Shown: positions 61,198-64,000 of the stretch, one piece after another
How positions within the stretch are numbered: the stretch's first letter is position 1
Layout: every line of letters starts with the position of its first letter
NCBI GenBank assembly: GCA_027001995.1
Contig: JALTLO010000202.1
Location: forward strand, 21,102 to 85,101
Origin: Planctomycetota bacterium
GTDB lineage: Bacteria; Planctomycetota; GCA-002687715; DRQF01
Reading direction: 5' to 3'
Length of the DNA stretch: 64,000 nt
Translations under genes and position numbers: made by a program
Notes under the pieces: model-generated
The model's database searches: none
The model's input: only the letters and a program-made list of their open reading frames with translations
What the model was told of the DNA's origin: nothing

Positions 61198-61211
61198 TTA
61201 TCCCTGAGTCC

Positions 61212-62114
61212 TTAATGTTGCAGCGGTGTCAGAACCTTGATGGTTCTGAGTGCCAAATGGATGTGAACTGGCGTTTGCCCCGCCGGATCACCGTCTACTT
61301 GGACATGGGCTTCATTCTTCTGAGATTCGATTTTGATGTCGTTTCCGCGCAAACGGGTGACGACGCCCTGATCTTTCCACCGAAAGACCCCAGAAGCAAG
61401 GTGTCGTAAAATACCGAAGCGACCTCGGCGATGACGAAGATAGATATCCAGTGAGCCGTCATGGGGGAGGGCGTCGGGTGTCAAACTCAGTACGCCGCCG
61501 TAGTTAGCCGTATTGCAGACGATGACGTCGGCAAAAGTGTCAGGGATTTCATGGCCATCGACACAGACCTTTAAGTGAGCAGGGTGGTGCTTTCGAATCA
61601 CGCCCAATCCGATGGGGATATAGCTGGCCATGGAAATGGAACGGTCGGAAGCTAGCTTGAGGCGGTGGGCGTGAATGGCGGAAACCACATCGGCGTCGAA
61701 TCCGACACCTACATTGGCAAGAAAAGGTCGGCCATTCACTGTCGGGAGATCAAAGTTTTCCGGCTCTCCGCTCAGGGCAGCATCGATAGCTTTTTCTGGG
61801 GATGTCAGCGGTATCCCCAACTCCCGGGCTACCACATTGGCTGTCCCCACAGGGATGATGCCTAAGGGGGGAGGGTGGCCATCAGTAAAGCCGGAAACAA
61901 CTTCGGTGACGGTTCCATCGCCGCCGACAGCGAAAACGGCATCCAAACCAGTGGGCAATTCTCGGGCGATCTCAGTGGCTTCCCCAGCGGCCTTGGTTTG
62001 GTGGTAATCGACATGGAATCCCAGAGATTCCAAGTAGTGCTTAGCAGCAATGCCAATGGTTTGACCCCGGTTCTTGCCGGCGCAAGGATTCACGATAAGG
62101 CAGACAGATTTCAC
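61212..62114 (-). CDS. Diacylglycerol/lipid kinase family protein (YegS/DgkB-like)
   Basis: IVNPCAG, VGGDGT, PVGTANVVARELG, GVGFDA, QVDGD. Confidence 0.9.
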   Translation of the reverse strand: MKSVCLIVNPCAGKNRGQTIGIAAKHYLESLGFHVDYHQTKAAGEATEIARELPTGLDAVFAVGGDGTVTEVVSGFTDGHPPPLGIIPVGTANVVARELGIPLTSPEKAIDAALSGEPENFDLPTVNGRPFLANVGVGFDADVVSAIHAHRLKLASDRSISMASYIPIGLGVIRKHHPAHLKVCVDGHEIPDTFADVIVCNTANYGGVLSLTPDALPHDGSLDIYLRHRRGRFGILRHLASGVFRWKDQGVVTRLRGNDIKIESQKNEAHVQVDGDPAGQTPVHIHLALRTIKVLTPLQH

Positions 62115-62155
62115 CGGTGTCTCTTGAGTGGGAGAGTTCGATCTTCCTTTGGAAG

Positions 62156-64000
62156 TTATTTGAAGCCCTTGAGTTTGCCTTTGGCGACTTTCAAACTCAA
62201 TTCGACTACGGCTTTTTTTCCAGTTCGTCCGATGTCGAAGACCCAGGTGAGCTCTAACTTGTCGTAGGTTGAAGTGTCCCCACCGATCAAGATAGGTGTT
62301 ACTTGGGTTTGGAATGAAGCAGCGTTCTTTTTGCTTTGAGTTGTGATTTCGGTGCCACTGTAATCGACTCGAATAGCAGGCTCTCCCGACTTAAAAGGGA
62401 CGAACATGATGGCGTCTTTGAGTACCTTTTTCTTCTTCGTTTCTGGGTCACGGAACTTACGCCCTTTCTTGAAGGAGACGAACCAGGTTCCGGCCTTGAG
62501 AGGAGGGTCCATGATGTCGACATCTGTTTCTAAAATGCCAACAAGGAAACTATCATTGATGTCGTTTTCGCCCTTGCTGAACTTCTTGGCCCACTTCTCG
62601 CTGGTTAGTTCATTGGTGTCCCGGTTGGCGATGAGAATCTTGTGTCCCTTTCCAGGAACTTGCAATTCTTCGTTGAAGTCGAATTTCTCGGCAATGGCGA
62701 AGTAGTTCTTGCGGGTGTCGAGCTTGGGGAAGATTCGTTTGGCTTTCTTGTCGCTGCGGGTCAACTTGAAGTCTAAGAGGCGAGAGTCCAAGCGGTTGTT
62801 GCGCATCAAGTAGCGCAGTTGGTCAGTCCCAGCGTGCCCTGAACGGGCCCGGCGAAAACCAACGAATTCTTTGCGGCGATTTGCATGGGCAATAGGTGCT
62901 CTGAAGACGGATGAAACAATGACGTCGCGATTGTCACAATGGCCACCGCGCACAACGATTTTTTGTTCATTGAAGTCGTTGGGGGCACTGACAACGCCTT
63001 CTTCAGTTTTCATTTTGCCTTGGTAGCCCGGGTAGGCCAAGAATGGCGACGCCGTCAATTCGGCCACGCTGCCCGCCATGTCATAGATGCCCAATGGGTT
63101 ACGACTATCGGGGAAAGCCCCTCCAGGCGCGACCCCTGGGACGTAGTTGCCTTCTGGAAGACCCTTCCCAGCATCCTTACGTGCATCATGGTCGATGGCG
63201 GTGGCGTCATTGCAGGCTTGTTGTCTGTAATCGTTACCCCAAGGCCAAATACGGCCATCATAGCCGTTGGGCCCGGAGCGACTGGCGACCTCCCATTCGA
63301 ATTCTGTGGGCAGCCGTGATTGTGTCCAGCGGCAATAGGCCATGGCGTCGTTGTAGCTGACCCAAGTCACTGGAAGTCGTTTCATGGACTCAGGAACTTT
63401 ACCGTCAGGCCAGACATCGTTCCAGATTGCCTTACGCTTCTTCTTGCCGTCATCGTCAACCCCCGGGAGTTCTTCGTATCCGGCGAACCACTTAGGCATA
63501 GGGTGCTCAGTCTGTTGGCAAAAGTACCAATAGGCCAAGTGGGTCACTTCAAAGGCTTCGATCATGAAGGCGTCAACGGAGATAGTCCTGGGAGGCGTTG
63601 ACCAGAGCAGGAGGAAGTTACGTTTTGCTGGATCGTTTAGATCGTGAGAGAGACGATCTATTTCGGAGTAAGAGATGCCGATCTGGACACCTTTTGCTTC
63701 GGGTACAGGGACCATGCCAGCCGGGATTACAGCGCTGAGGGATGCGGTTTGCTGGCGGCGCAAGGTCTCGATCTTGATGGTGAGCGTGTCTAAATTCTTC
63801 TGCTCTTTCTCCAAGCGTACCCACTCTCGCGTTTGCTTGCGTAAGACTTTGTCAAAGGCAATGGCGAAATCGGTTCCCAAGGTTTGATCAAAAGCATCAC
63901 GTAATCCACGAGCGACTCGGTTTTGCTCGGTCGGGGCTTTGCTTTTTTGTTTTTCGGTAATGATGGCGGCATAGAGATCCAGGCACTGAGTCTTGGAGCA
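62156..64000 (-). CDS. SUMF1/EgtB/PvdO (FGE-sulfatase domain) family protein, 5' end outside the window
   Basis: FEVT, PVTWVSYNDAMAYCRW...RLPTEFEWEVA, WPWG, GIYDMAGSVAE, VVRGG, VGFR; the frame stays open from 63880 to the window edge. Confidence 0.85.
   Translation of the reverse strand, partial: CSKTQCLDLYAAIITEKQKSKAPTEQNRVARGLRDAFDQTLGTDFAIAFDKVLRKQTREWVRLEKEQKNLDTLTIKIETLRRQQTASLSAVIPAGMVPVPEAKGVQIGISYSEIDRLSHDLNDPAKRNFLLLWSTPPRTISVDAFMIEAFEVTHLAYWYFCQQTEHPMPKWFAGYEELPGVDDDGKKKRKAIWNDVWPDGKVPESMKRLPVTWVSYNDAMAYCRWTQSRLPTEFEWEVASRSGPNGYDGRIWPWGNDYRQQACNDATAIDHDARKDAGKGLPEGNYVPGVAPGGAFPDSRNPLGIYDMAGSVAELTASPFLAYPGYQGKMKTEEGVVSAPNDFNEQKIVVRGGHCDNRDVIVSSVFRAPIAHANRRKEFVGFRRARSGHAGTDQLRYLMRNNRLDSRLLDFKLTRSDKKAKRIFPKLDTRKNYFAIAEKFDFNEELQVPGKGHKILIANRDTNELTSEKWAKKFSKGENDINDSFLVGILETDVDIMDPPLKAGTWFVSFKKGRKFRDPETKKKKVLKDAIMFVPFKSGEPAIRVDYSGTEITTQSKKNAASFQTQVTPILIGGDTSTYDKLELTWVFDIGRTGKKAVVELSLKVAKGKLKGFK

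Overview
A gene-dense chromosomal window with about 55 protein-coding genes, mostly housekeeping. I found no rRNA, tRNA, CRISPR array, transposase or prophage gene. The gene content suggests a diderm bacterium, probably Planctomycetota; this is inference from kdsA, a CRTAC1/ASPIC-UnbV lipoprotein, HEAT-VWA, SUMF1-type and DUF6677-like proteins, and a planctomycete-style FabZ. Left part: TPR protein, orphan parA, queC, PorU-like C25 peptidase, B12 radical SAM, M10 metalloprotease, DUF309 plus Leu-dehydrogenase-like pair, fabZ, glgA, tsaE-tsaB-tsaD, HEAT-VWA, heme-c sensor kinase, MoxR, folC. Middle: an isolated minimal flagellin with a clear sigma-28 promoter and a structured leader containing a terminator-like hairpin, then dprA. 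A roughly 16-kb minus-strand run follows: tpiA-secG-yicC-gmk-rpoZ-coaC-coaB-dut-ftsK-[motor-less ftsK paralog]-rimO-pgsA-pgpA-[pseudo-PP2C]-mazG-like-priA. Right part: groEL/groES, thiE, PAS hybrid kinase, ligA, queA, a GT-C glycosyltransferase with an inserted domain, kdsA, a lipid kinase and a SUMF1-domain gene cut by the window edge. The most notable observations are: (1) a tandem FtsK paralog that keeps the membrane anchor and gamma domain but replaces the ATPase motor with a very long acidic disordered region and has lost basic DNA-contact residues; (2) a HAMP-SpoIIE protein in the same run lacking most metal-binding aspartates; (3) a riboswitch/attenuator-like flagellin leader; (4) a 95-nt element with perfect 18-bp inverted arms between rpoZ and coaC. 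All products are assigned by motif recognition only; no database searches were run.
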